Below the pieces are notes generated by a model that saw only the letters and a list, made by a program, of their open reading frames with translations, was not told the origin of the DNA and made no database searches. A DNA stretch of 64,000 nucleotides from Syntrophaceae bacterium (GTDB taxonomy: Bacteria > Desulfobacterota > Syntrophia > Syntrophales > UBA2185), in contig PMBI01000050.1 of assembly GCA_003153775.1 (NCBI GenBank), forward strand, positions 127,325-191,324, given 5' to 3'. This document shows positions 20,226-28,894 of the stretch, piece by piece (positions within the stretch are counted from its first letter, which is position 1; every line of letters begins with the position of its first letter). The position numbers were made by a program, and so were the translations under genes.

Positions 20226-21434
20226 TTACCTCTTCTCCGCTGCGGGTTGAGCCGGCGGCGCTGCGTCGGCCTTTTTCGCCTGATCGGTTGCAGGCTGAGG
20301 TGCAGATCCGTAGGGGGTTGGATTTACGGTTATGCCGTCCCTGACCTTCTGGACGCCTTCTGCCACGACCCGCTCCCCGGCCTTCAGCCCTTCGTCAATT
20401 ACCCACAAGTCATCAACGCGTTCAGCCACTTTGACGGGCCGTATCTCAATCTTGTTATTCGCATCCACGACTGCAATCTGATAACTGCCCTGAAGCTCCA
20501 TGACCGCACGCTGGGGCACCAGCAGCGCCTTCTTGATCTTGATTCTGGCGCGAATCTTGGCAAATTGCCCGGGGCGCAGAATATTGCCGGGATTCTTGAA
20601 GATGGCCGCCACTCTGATGGTTCCCGTCTTCACGTCCACCTGCCTGTCGGCAAGGGTGAACTTCCCCTTATAAGAATAAACGCTCCCATCGGAGAGGATC
20701 ATCTCGAGAGGGTTGTCTTTAAAACCGTTTTGGCCTTTGCCCGTTGCTATGAGATATTCCTGCTCGCCCACGGAAATATAGACCTTGATGGGGTCCACCG
20801 TGGAGACCGTTGTCAGCTCCTCTATCACTCCGGGACCGACTAGGTTACCGATCTGTGTCTTGGCGATGCCGGCGATGCCGTCAATAGGGGAAACGAGCTT
20901 TGTGAAGTCAATGTCCAGCCTCGCCTTCTCAACCACTGCCTCTGCAGATATCACTGCGGCGTGGACCGCCTGTTCCTGCCCTGTGGCATCGTCCAGATCT
21001 TTCTTGCTGACTGCATTCTGTTCCGCAAGCGGTATAATTCTGTTAAGATTCGCCTTAGCCGTCGACCACCGCGCCTTTTGCTCGCCCAGTTGCCCTTTGG
21101 CGTGATCAAGGGTGGCCTGAAAAGTGCGCGGATCAATCTCGAAGAGTATCTGCCCCTTCCTGACGAAATCGCCTTCGTGATAGTTCTGCCTGATGAGGTA
21201 GCCCTGAACCTGAGCGCGTATCACGGCATTCACCATGCCGTCCGTAGTGCCGATCCATTCAGAATACATGGGGACATCTTTCTGAACGACGGCTGCAACC
21301 TGCACGGTGGGCGGAGTTGGACTGCCTTTTTGTTCCCTGCTGCACCCTGAAATAAAAAAAGAGAGCAAGCTCACGGCTACGACTGCAAGAACACAGGCAT
21401 GGCGTAATTTCATTTTTTTATCTTTCAAAGACAT
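20226..21434 (-). CDS. RND periplasmic adaptor (membrane fusion protein)
   Basis: Lipoprotein-like signal ..FFISGC. HlyD/AcrA-type coiled-coil and beta-barrel segments. Pro/Ala-rich tail. Confidence 0.85.
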   Translation of the reverse strand: MSLKDKKMKLRHACVLAVVAVSLLSFFISGCSREQKGSPTPPTVQVAAVVQKDVPMYSEWIGTTDGMVNAVIRAQVQGYLIRQNYHEGDFVRKGQILFEIDPRTFQATLDHAKGQLGEQKARWSTAKANLNRIIPLAEQNAVSKKDLDDATGQEQAVHAAVISAEAVVEKARLDIDFTKLVSPIDGIAGIAKTQIGNLVGPGVIEELTTVSTVDPIKVYISVGEQEYLIATGKGQNGFKDNPLEMILSDGSVYSYKGKFTLADRQVDVKTGTIRVAAIFKNPGNILRPGQFAKIRARIKIKKALLVPQRAVMELQGSYQIAVVDANNKIEIRPVKVAERVDDLWVIDEGLKAGERVVAEGVQKVRDGITVNPTPYGSAPQPATDQAKKADAAPPAQPAAEKR

Positions 21435-21646
21435 AGAAAATTCCTCAATGCCTCTCTTTCGGATTAGAAAGATGTAATTTCAGGATTGATAGTACAGATT
21501 CACACTGCATATTATCGGATTAATCGGACAGAATGATAAGAACCCCCCTTTTAAGTCTGGGGAGTATATTTGAACGTGTTCTTGTAAGTCAAGAAGATTT
21601 GCCTGGAAATGAGGTGGGTACTGATGTCAGATTTTGTAATTACGGT

Positions 21647-21661
21647 AGTCAATGATTGACT
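21647..21661. promoter_or_regulatory. Perfect 7-1-7 palindrome in the divergent RND/EamA intergenic region
   Basis: agtcaat-g-attgact. Confidence 0.3.
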
Positions 21662-21791
21662 GATTTTGAGAATTATGAAAGATTGCAAACGATAATGGCT
21701 CTATCGGGAACTTAGGGCTGTAAACGGAAAAAACAAATTTCAACCTGAGTGCCGGCGGAAACAGGGCTACCACACTCATCATAAAAACGAT

Positions 21792-22655
21792 ATGAGCACT
21801 CAAGCACTGTTGTTAGTTATGTCGGCGGCGTTGTTGCATGCCGTATGGAATCTCATCTTTAAAAAAACGAATGGCGGACTTCCTCTTGTCTGGTTGGTTT
21901 CTTTAGCATCTGCAGTCATCTATCTTCCCTTCGTCATTTGGCAACTTGCACAAAGTCAAGCATCATTGACAGGTGTCATGTATGGCTTCGCATTGGCAAG
22001 CGCCGTACTCCATTTGTTGTATTTTATAGTCCTGCAAATCGGCTACAGAAAAGCTGACCTTTCCATTGTATATCCTATGGCACGGGGAACCGGGCCATTG
22101 CTTTCGGCAACCGGCGCCGTATTGTTTTTCGGTGAAAGACCGGGCTGGATGGCTATTTCCGGCATCGTATTGATCGTGACCGGTGTCTTTATAATGACCG
22201 GATTGAAATTGCGCTTATCCGACGACGAACGGTTGAAAACCGGAATTGTTTACGGGACTATCACGGGTTTGTTTATTGCCGCATACACGTTGTGGGATAA
22301 AATAGCCGTAACGGACTACAACGTTTCTGCATTGATACTCACATTTGCATCCATGCTGTTGCCATTATTGGTACTGCTTCCCAAGGCAGTAAAAGAAAAA
22401 CAGGAAATAAGGCGTGAGATGCGACAACACTGGAAACATATTGTCGTAATAGCAGTGTTAGCCCCGCTTTCTTTTATTCTCGTTCTCATGGCGCTGAAAA
22501 CAACTCCCGTAAGTTATGTGGCGCCGGCACGCGAACTCAGCATTGTCTTTGGCGTATTTTTCGGAACCGGTCTATTGAAGGAAGCAGACGCAAAGAAGAG
22601 AATTATTGCCGCAATCATAATGCTGCTTGGCATATCGTTTTTAGCGATGGGATAA
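21792..22655 (+). CDS. EamA/DMT-superfamily transporter
   Basis: 287 aa, about 10 TM segments and a two-repeat architecture. Confidence 0.7.
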   Translation: MSTQALLLVMSAALLHAVWNLIFKKTNGGLPLVWLVSLASAVIYLPFVIWQLAQSQASLTGVMYGFALASAVLHLLYFIVLQIGYRKADLSIVYPMARGTGPLLSATGAVLFFGERPGWMAISGIVLIVTGVFIMTGLKLRLSDDERLKTGIVYGTITGLFIAAYTLWDKIAVTDYNVSALILTFASMLLPLLVLLPKAVKEKQEIRREMRQHWKHIVVIAVLAPLSFILVLMALKTTPVSYVAPARELSIVFGVFFGTGLLKEADAKKRIIAAIIMLLGISFLAMG

Positions 22656-22802
22656 GCAGCGAAAGCGTTTTTGTTTAGTCCTTCCTGCAATGTCGTTTTT
22701 TCAATTCGGCCACTCCATACTGTTTATCTGGAACCTTTAGTAAGCATATTTTCCATCCGTACTTATCTATTCCCCCCTCGACGTTGTGCGGCCATAATTA
22801 CA

Positions 22803-22831
22803 TTGACACTCAAGACCGCTTATCCTATATT
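22803..22831 (+). promoter_or_regulatory. Candidate sigma70 promoter
   Basis: TTGACA, 17 nt, TATATT, about 35 nt upstream of the 22867 ATG. Confidence 0.45.
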
Positions 22832-22866
22832 TTCACCACATAAAAGGAAGTTCTTATCAAAACACT

Positions 22867-23637
22867 ATGAGCTTACCGCTGCGCAGAACAGGACTGAACA
22901 GAAAGACGCCTTTCTTTTTCTCTTGTGCCCAGTGTCTACGTTGCTGCCACCACAAGAAAATCCAGGTCAACCCCTACGAAATCGTGCGCCTGGCCGCGAA
23001 CCGGCGCCTGTCCACTGCCGAGTTCATGGGACGCTACACCCACGACAGCGGAACCATTCTGAATTGGGAAGAAGACGGCGCCTGCGTCTTCCTCGATTCT
23101 CGGGGTTGCAGCGTCCATCCCGACCGCCCGCTCGTCTGCCGCCTTTACCCCCTCGGCCGTCACGTCCTTCCCTCGGGAGGGGAAAGCTTCTCCGAGATCG
23201 AACCGGACAACGATTGCAAGGGCGTCTACGGCGATAGCGGTATAATCACGGCGTATCTCGACTCGCAGGGTGCTGCACCTTTCATGGAGGCCGCAGACAG
23301 GTATCTCGATCTCTTCTGGAGGCTCTACATGATACTGGAAAAAGAGGCGGCAGTGCCCGAGACACAAAACGCCATCGTCAGTGTGTTTCAGAAATTTGCC
23401 GGAGGCGAACGGAATGGCGACATCGGGTTTGCCGATGTGGATGCCATCGCAGCCGCCTTCTGCGATAAGTTATGTATATCGGTACCGGAGAGTGCTGACG
23501 ACAAGATGACGATCCACATACAGGCCGTTGAAGCCTGGGCAAATAACTCAGGGAGGAGACAAGAACATGAAGCAAAAAAAACAAAACGCACCGCAACAAA
23601 AGGTCCCGGAAAAAAGTCACATAAGGCAAGCCATTAG
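22867..23637 (+). CDS. YkgJ-family (UPF0153) cysteine-cluster protein
   Basis: FSCAQCLRCCHHKKIQVNPYEIVRLA and GACVFLDSRGCSVHPDRPLVCRLYP. Confidence 0.7.
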   Translation: MSLPLRRTGLNRKTPFFFSCAQCLRCCHHKKIQVNPYEIVRLAANRRLSTAEFMGRYTHDSGTILNWEEDGACVFLDSRGCSVHPDRPLVCRLYPLGRHVLPSGGESFSEIEPDNDCKGVYGDSGIITAYLDSQGAAPFMEAADRYLDLFWRLYMILEKEAAVPETQNAIVSVFQKFAGGERNGDIGFADVDAIAAAFCDKLCISVPESADDKMTIHIQAVEAWANNSGRRQEHEAKKTKRTATKGPGKKSHKASH

Positions 23638-24148
23638 CGTCGCCACTGTTGTTGCCTCGCTGGGAACTTCGCTCGGCGTCAGCGTTACTGAACTGGTTGC
23701 CGCAGATCAGAAGTCCCCCGTGCGCACGGAAGCCGCACAGCATAAGGATGCTGCTTCATGGGACTGGGGAAATATAAACGCAAACCAGCTGAAGATCTCC
23801 GATCAACTCAAAATGATCGAGGCATCTCAATTCAAATTCTGGAATCAGGTCAAAGGAGAGTCACGGCAGGGAAAGATCAACGTAAGGCAGTACAAGGAAT
23901 TACAGGCGAATGAATACAAGCTTGCAGACCAGATCAAGGACTTGCGGGCAGATGACTACAAGCTGTCGAACCAGTTTAAGTTCTGGCGGTCGAACCTGCA
24001 TAAGGGTGATCAGGCAGATCAGCTCAAACTCGACGGCCTGGAAGCAAACGAACTGAAGATCGCAAACCAGATCAAGTGGCTTGAAGCCAACCAGCTCAAG
24101 ATCTCAGAGCAGATGAAGATACTTCAGTCGAATCAGGACAAGCGCTGA
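23567..24148 (+). CDS. Secreted protein built of 14-residue tandem repeats
   Basis: GGGAGGAG RBS and signal-like AISVATVVASLGTSLG. About 8 units of A-N-x-[LY]-K-[IL]-x-x-Q-[IFM]-K-x-[LWI]-x. It overlaps the 3' end of the YkgJ-family ORF out of frame. Confidence 0.55.
   Translation: MKQKKQNAPQQKVPEKSHIRQAISVATVVASLGTSLGVSVTELVAADQKSPVRTEAAQHKDAASWDWGNINANQLKISDQLKMIEASQFKFWNQVKGESRQGKINVRQYKELQANEYKLADQIKDLRADDYKLSNQFKFWRSNLHKGDQADQLKLDGLEANELKIANQIKWLEANQLKISEQMKILQSNQDKR
23780..24145 (+). repeat. 42-bp (14-codon) tandem repeat array inside the CDS
   Basis: Units such as ANQLKISDQLKMIE, ANEYKLADQIKDLR, ANELKIANQIKWLE and ANQLKISEQMKILQ. Confidence 0.7.
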
Positions 24149-24178
24149 GCATTGATGAAGATAAGATAGGCAGAAAAT

Positions 24179-24212
24179 AAAACCCCGCCCATCAGAAGCG
24201 AGCGGGGTTTCT
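24179..24212. terminator. Rho-independent terminator between convergent genes
   Basis: 8-bp stem aaccccgc/gcggggtt. On the minus strand it is followed by TTTTATTTT. Confidence 0.6.
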
Positions 24213-24243
24213 AAAATTAATTTCTGTTGCAGCGCGAGACGCA

Positions 24244-24948
24244 TTACTTCGGCTTTTTCCAGAACGGGCCGGTCTTGCCGATTTCTTTCATGCCCTGGAC
24301 CATCTCACGGGCATATTCATGTATGTGTGACAGATAGTCCGCATCCATCCGCCGCCTGAAAAAAGGCCCGGAGAATAATTTGCGCAATTGGTCCAGTGAC
24401 AGGACGCCTTCGTCGGTGCCTTGAACAAAGGACTTCCAGTTGTGGACATGCTCTTCCGACCGGAAGAGATTCATGGTGCTTCAGGCATAACCCGGATCTT
24501 CAAACCATTTCCAGAAGGGCACGGCTACATAGGCCGTGTACCCCGAAGCTTCGTCATTCAAAACGACCCCGTCCCGGATGACCACACGAAGCGGTTCTCC
24601 GCAATCCAGACAGGGGAAATCCACCGTCACTGCCTTGCCAGGGAATAGCCAGCAGACCGCCAGCGATTCGAATGCTCACTGGCCGAACCATTTCTGCTGA
24701 CCGTCGATGGTGATCCGGTATTGGGTTGGAAGGTTGTTGAAGGGAGCGAAGGATACGATGTGGTCTGTGCGGGGATACAGCCACGAAGGGATTCCCGATG
24801 AGAAGAGATCGTGCATGACCTTCCGCCCTTCCTCAACCGGAAGCCCGAGTTCTTGGGCAAGCTCCGTGTAAAAGGGCGCCTGCCCGGTTTCTACCATACG
24901 ATTCATGATGATGTGAAACGCCTTCTCCAGCAATGGGGGTGCGCTCAT
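24244..24948 (-). CDS. MerB (alkylmercury/organomercurial lyase) family protein with two in-frame UGA (predicted selenocysteine) codons
   Basis: ORFs 24676..24948 and 24244..24474 and the Met-less segment between them share one frame (705 nt). The TGA at 24676..24678 aligns with MerB Cys96 (KWFGQ-U-AFE versus LYAWCALD). The TGA at 24481..24483 aligns with Cys159/160 (GYA-U-STMNLFRSEEHVHNW versus [18 protein letters not shown]). Both are followed by GGUC-loop hairpins. Confidence 0.75.
24448..24474 (-). promoter_or_regulatory. SECIS-like hairpin for the second UGA of the MerB-family gene
   Basis: The RNA reads AUG-AAU-CUCUUCC-GGUC-GGAAGAG-CAU, a perfect 7-bp stem with a GGUC apical loop starting 20 nt after the UGA. 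Confidence 0.65.
24648..24664 (-). promoter_or_regulatory. SECIS-like hairpin for the first UGA of the MerB-family gene
   Basis: The RNA reads GCUGGC-GGUCU-GCUGGC, a 6-bp stem including 2 G-U pairs. The loop starts 18 nt after the UGA. Confidence 0.5.
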
Positions 24949-25005
24949 GCTAATTCCTCCTTTATAATTCTGTATTTCAAATCCCCTGTTCAGATGAAAT
25001 TTTAT

Positions 25006-25563
25006 CTACACTTCCTTCATAAAATCAATTGACGTCATGATTTTGAAAAGAGGATAAAGCGGGTTGTTGCGGTACAGGCTCAATGTCGTTTCATGAATTT
25101 CTCTGGTGAAGGCGGCGCAGCAGTCTTCGAGGATACAGGCCTGGAAGTCATTGGACAAGGCGTCAAGGGCGGTCACGAGGACGCACCAGTGGGTACTTAT
25201 GCCGCAGATCGCAACTGTGTCCACTCCGTGCAGCCTGAGAATCTGATCCATATCCGTTTTATAAAAGGCGCTGAACCTGCGCTTGGGGCTGTAAATGTCC
25301 GTCGGAGACTGAATCAAGAGCTCTGTTACTTCCGCGTCCCTTGTCCCGCGGATGGAGCGCTCTTTCATCTTTCCACCGAAGATGAAGTCCCCTTTCAAGA
25401 AACTGTCCATGGAAAAAATCACCGGTATGGACCTGCCCCGCGCGAATTCCGTGAGACGGTTGATATTCGGACACACTGCACGGGCAAGGGGGGTAATCGG
25501 AAATCCCGGTTCAACTTCCAATGAGTCCTTAAGCATATCGACGATAACAATTGCAGGTTTCAT
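25006..25563 (-). CDS. Isochorismatase-family cysteine hydrolase
   Basis: MKPAIVIVDMLKD, RFSAFYKTDMDQILRLHGVDTVAICGISTHWCV. Confidence 0.8.
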   Translation of the reverse strand: MKPAIVIVDMLKDSLEVEPGFPITPLARAVCPNINRLTEFARGRSIPVIFSMDSFLKGDFIFGGKMKERSIRGTRDAEVTELLIQSPTDIYSPKRRFSAFYKTDMDQILRLHGVDTVAICGISTHWCVLVTALDALSNDFQACILEDCCAAFTREIHETTLSLYRNNPLYPLFKIMTSIDFMKEV

Positions 25564-25636
25564 TCACAACTCCGCCAACATAAAAAGAGGCAAGTCAAAA
25601 CGCCTTGCCTCTTTCTTCTTTGTTTGATTTCCTTGA

Positions 25637-27088
25637 TTATCCTTCCTTCATGCCCATGAGCTTCTTGGCCATTTTCTTCTTGGCGTCAAAGTCCGTAAGC
25701 ACGGAGATCATGAACCGCTGGGTCTGCGGGGCGCCGGCGCCGTGCCAGGTGCCCGTGCCGTGCAGGCCGGCTGACCAGTGCTGCAGGAACTTTGCCACCT
25801 TGAGGCGCTTGTCTGCCGGGGCTGCAGCCGCGAAAGCCTTTTTCAGCATGGGACCGACCTCCGGGTCTTCCAGATCCTTCTGCCTCGGCATGGTTACCAC
25901 CAGGCCGCCGCCGATATCTCCGGCGTTCTTGATGATTTCCCAGAATCCGTGGGCGATGTTCAGTTTGGCGGCATTGCCGAAGAGATCGTCCGGCAGGAAG
26001 ACGCCGGATCCCTTCGGTTCTTCTCTTCCCCGCATGGCCGCCGCGATAGCGCAGGCGTGGGATGTCTCGCTGTAGCGGACCATATCAATGATCTTCTCCT
26101 GGATGTGAGGGACCTTGTCCACACCGGTGTATTCGGCGGCAAGCACGGTGCCCCCGATGATCAGGTCGGCGAACCCCACCTTGCAGGCGCCGCCGCAATT
26201 CATGCGGTGGGCCTTGGCGAACCTGGTAACCATTTTCCCGCAGAACTTGGTCTCACCGCAGAGGAAAACTCGCTCCCAGGGAATGAAGACATTGTCAAAG
26301 ACCATCGTCGAGGTTTCCCTCTGTCCGTAGATGGGGGTCCCGAGCTCGGATTCATCTTCACAAAATTCCCGCTCTGCGGAGTAGGCATTGTACTGGCAGA
26401 TGTATGTGAGCCCCGGTGCGCCGTTCTGCACGGCAAAAGCGAGGGCAAAGGCCTCTTCGCCTTCTCTCAACGCGCCGCCTGGCAGAACAAGAGTTTCATG
26501 CGAGCCTATGGCGCCGCTCTGGCTCACCTTGATCCCGCGTACTACGATCCCGTCGTCGCGTTTTTCGACGAGGTGAACGAATGTATCGGGTTCGTCCTGC
26601 TGGGAAGGCCTCTTTTTCCTGTCTCCTTTTGCATCGGTTATGGCGCCGGAGACGGCCAGGTCGTTTGCCTGTGCAAATGCAAGCCACTTGTTGAATCTCT
26701 CATTATATTTCGTTTTCAGATCCCGGTCCATCTCCCACGTCGTCGAAGCAAGGCTGTTGAGGGCATCGCAGCCGACGCAGCGGTAGTTGCAGGTCCCCAC
26801 CGTCTGGCTCGTCAGGAGGGCCATCTCCTGCCGCATGTCCAGGTCGTGGATGTTGCGCGCGACGTTAAGGTTACGGTTGATTGGCTCGCCCGTAAGGTGG
26901 GATGTAGCGACCATGATCTCCTTGTATTTAGGGTCTTCAGCGAGCTCGTAAATCGCCGCGTTGGCCATGACCATGGAACGTGTAATTTTGTTGTTGAGTA
27001 GACCCTTCACCCATTTCCCCCCGCAATAGACACGGGGCGACAGCTTCTTCACGCTCTCCAGATACTCCTTTGAAGTTTTTAATGCCAT
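25637..27088 (-). CDS. 4-hydroxybutyryl-CoA dehydratase / 4-hydroxyphenylacetate hydroxylase-fold family protein (divergent AbfD paralogue)
   Basis: 483 aa, colinear with the abfD gene at 39228. Shared blocks include CNYRCVGCDALN, GAITDAKGDR and HGAGAPQTQRFMI. Confidence 0.8.
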   Translation of the reverse strand: MALKTSKEYLESVKKLSPRVYCGGKWVKGLLNNKITRSMVMANAAIYELAEDPKYKEIMVATSHLTGEPINRNLNVARNIHDLDMRQEMALLTSQTVGTCNYRCVGCDALNSLASTTWEMDRDLKTKYNERFNKWLAFAQANDLAVSGAITDAKGDRKKRPSQQDEPDTFVHLVEKRDDGIVVRGIKVSQSGAIGSHETLVLPGGALREGEEAFALAFAVQNGAPGLTYICQYNAYSAEREFCEDESELGTPIYGQRETSTMVFDNVFIPWERVFLCGETKFCGKMVTRFAKAHRMNCGGACKVGFADLIIGGTVLAAEYTGVDKVPHIQEKIIDMVRYSETSHACAIAAAMRGREEPKGSGVFLPDDLFGNAAKLNIAHGFWEIIKNAGDIGGGLVVTMPRQKDLEDPEVGPMLKKAFAAAAPADKRLKVAKFLQHWSAGLHGTGTWHGAGAPQTQRFMISVLTDFDAKKKMAKKLMGMKEG

Positions 27089-27106
27089 AATATCCTCCGA
27101 ATTAAT

Positions 27107-27430
27107 TTATTCTTTAGACTTCACGTCTATTATATACTTCGCCCCGGCCCCTACACCGGGAAATGCCCCTATGTTCTCGAAGGCAATGTCCATGATTTCC
27201 ATCAATTCGCCTTCTGTCCTCTTTCCGGACAATACGAGCAGCATGCCTCCTTCCTTCAGTTGAACTTCTGCAATGAGACCCTTTTCGTAAAAACCCGGTA
27301 TAGCTTTTTTTTCATTGCAGCTATACACAAAACTCGCGAATGTGCCGGCAAGACCACTGGAGCTTCTCCGCTCCTCGCGCCCAATCTTGACAACTATTGT
27401 TTCCAATCCCTGATCGTTCTCTAATGCCAA
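27107..27430 (-). CDS. Hypothetical protein
   Basis: 107-aa ORF in an operon position between the Sec-oxidoreductase and the AbfD paralogue. No family recognised. Confidence 0.4.
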   Translation of the reverse strand: MALENDQGLETIVVKIGREERRSSSGLAGTFASFVYSCNEKKAIPGFYEKGLIAEVQLKEGGMLLVLSGKRTEGELMEIMDIAFENIGAFPGVGAGAKYIIDVKSKE

Positions 27431-27496
27431 CTTCGAATCCTCTCACCACTACTGAGCGTTATACGCTCTGAAAATTTCTTTCATTGCCTGACGGAT

Positions 27497-28831
27497 TTAC
27501 ATCTTTCCCCTGAGAGACTGGGCCGTGATGTGAATGGCGTCCCATGCGCCACCGAACGGCGGCGCGTATGGAAGATCAAGGTAGCCGACCTCATCCACGG
27601 AGAGTCCCGCCCACAGGGCGACAGAAAGGCTGCTGACCCTTTGAACGGCCCCTTTCTCTCCGATGCACTGTCCGCCGAGAAGTTTTCCCGTTTTCTTATC
27701 TCCAACAAGTTTCACGCCCAGCTTTTCTCCCTTCGCCATGGGACGGCCGACGGGAAGACCCCAGATCATGGCGCTCACCGGCTGGAACCCGTATTTCGCG
27801 GCTTCTTCTTCCGTAAGTCCCGTGGCGGCTACTTCCAGGTTGAAGACCTTGAAGGCCTGGGCGCCCACGACTCCCGGAAATTCCGCCGGGTAACCACCGA
27901 TGTTCTGACCGGCAACACGGCCCTGCTTATTGGCGACATCGCCGAGAGGAAAATAGACCCATCTTCCGGCAACCTTGTGGAAGACCTCACAGCAATCTCC
28001 CACTGCGTAGACCCCTTCCCGGGATGTCTTCTGCCGGAAATCCACCTTGATGGCGCCGCTTTCTCCTAAGGCAATCCCCATGGATTCGGCAAGCGCGGCA
28101 TTTCGCTTTGTGCCGACTCCCATCAGCACGAGGTCGGCATCCAGATCGCCGCCGCTGGTCTGCAGTTTCAACCGGTATTCCTTCCCCTTTTCGATGGCCA
28201 GAGGCTTCGTCTCCGGAAGAAACTCAACCTCGTTCTTGGCCAGTTCTTCCACGATCATCTTCGTGAATTCGGCATCCCACCGTACGGCCGGCCGGGGCAG
28301 GATGTCCATGACCTTCACTTCAATCCCGAGGCTTCTCAAGGCCTCGCACATCTCCATGCCGATATAGCCTGCACCGATCAGAACAGCTTTCCTGCAGCTC
28401 TTTTCGTTCAGGTAGGATTTCATCGTCAAGGCGTGGGTCAAATCCCTGAATACGTAAACGCCGTCCAGGTCTTTGCCCGGAATATCCAGGCGGATCGCTT
28501 CGGCCCCTGTCGCCATGACCAGGAAGTCGTAAGGAAGACTCGTTCCGTCGGACAAAGATAGAGAACTCTTCTTTGTATCGACACTGTCTACGCGCGTCTT
28601 AATCTTTACGTCGATACCCGTTTTCTTGAATTCTTCCGGCGTACGGATAACGAGCTTTTTTGACTCTTTGATTACATCACCGATGTAATAAGGCATCGGT
28701 CAGGCCGCATAGGAAACAAAGTCGCCCTTCTCAATCATCGTCACTTCCAGAGAAGGGTTTCTTCTTTTGGCCTCGGCAGCCGAAGACGGGCCTGCAGCCC
28801 CGCCTCCTACAACAACCAGTTTCTGGCTCAT
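27497..28831 (-). CDS. CoA-disulfide reductase / NADH oxidase family FAD oxidoreductase with in-frame UGA (predicted Sec44) at the redox-active Cys position
   Basis: GGAGG RBS, then MSQKLVVVGGGAAGPSSAAEAKRRNPSLEVTMIEKGDFVSYAA-U-PMPYYIGDV. The TGA at 28700..28702 takes the place of the Cys in the (S/A)F-x-x-C-x-(L/M)PYY motif. The ORF track only shows the part after the UGA. Confidence 0.8.
28672..28688 (-). promoter_or_regulatory. SECIS-like hairpin
   Basis: The RNA reads UUACAUC-GGU-GAUGUAA, a 7-bp stem. The loop starts 19 nt after the UGA. Confidence 0.5.
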
Positions 28832-28894
28832 TGAATAACCTCCCCGGTTATCATTCTAATCGCATCGCGACTGTTTATCTTTCTATGTGTTACA

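Noticed and set aside
24396-24860. Several 61-77-aa ORFs on both strands in and around the gap between the two MerB-family fragments.
   Set aside because: They overlap the single read-through MerB-family frame and have no family resemblance. They are artefacts of splitting that gene at its UGA codons.
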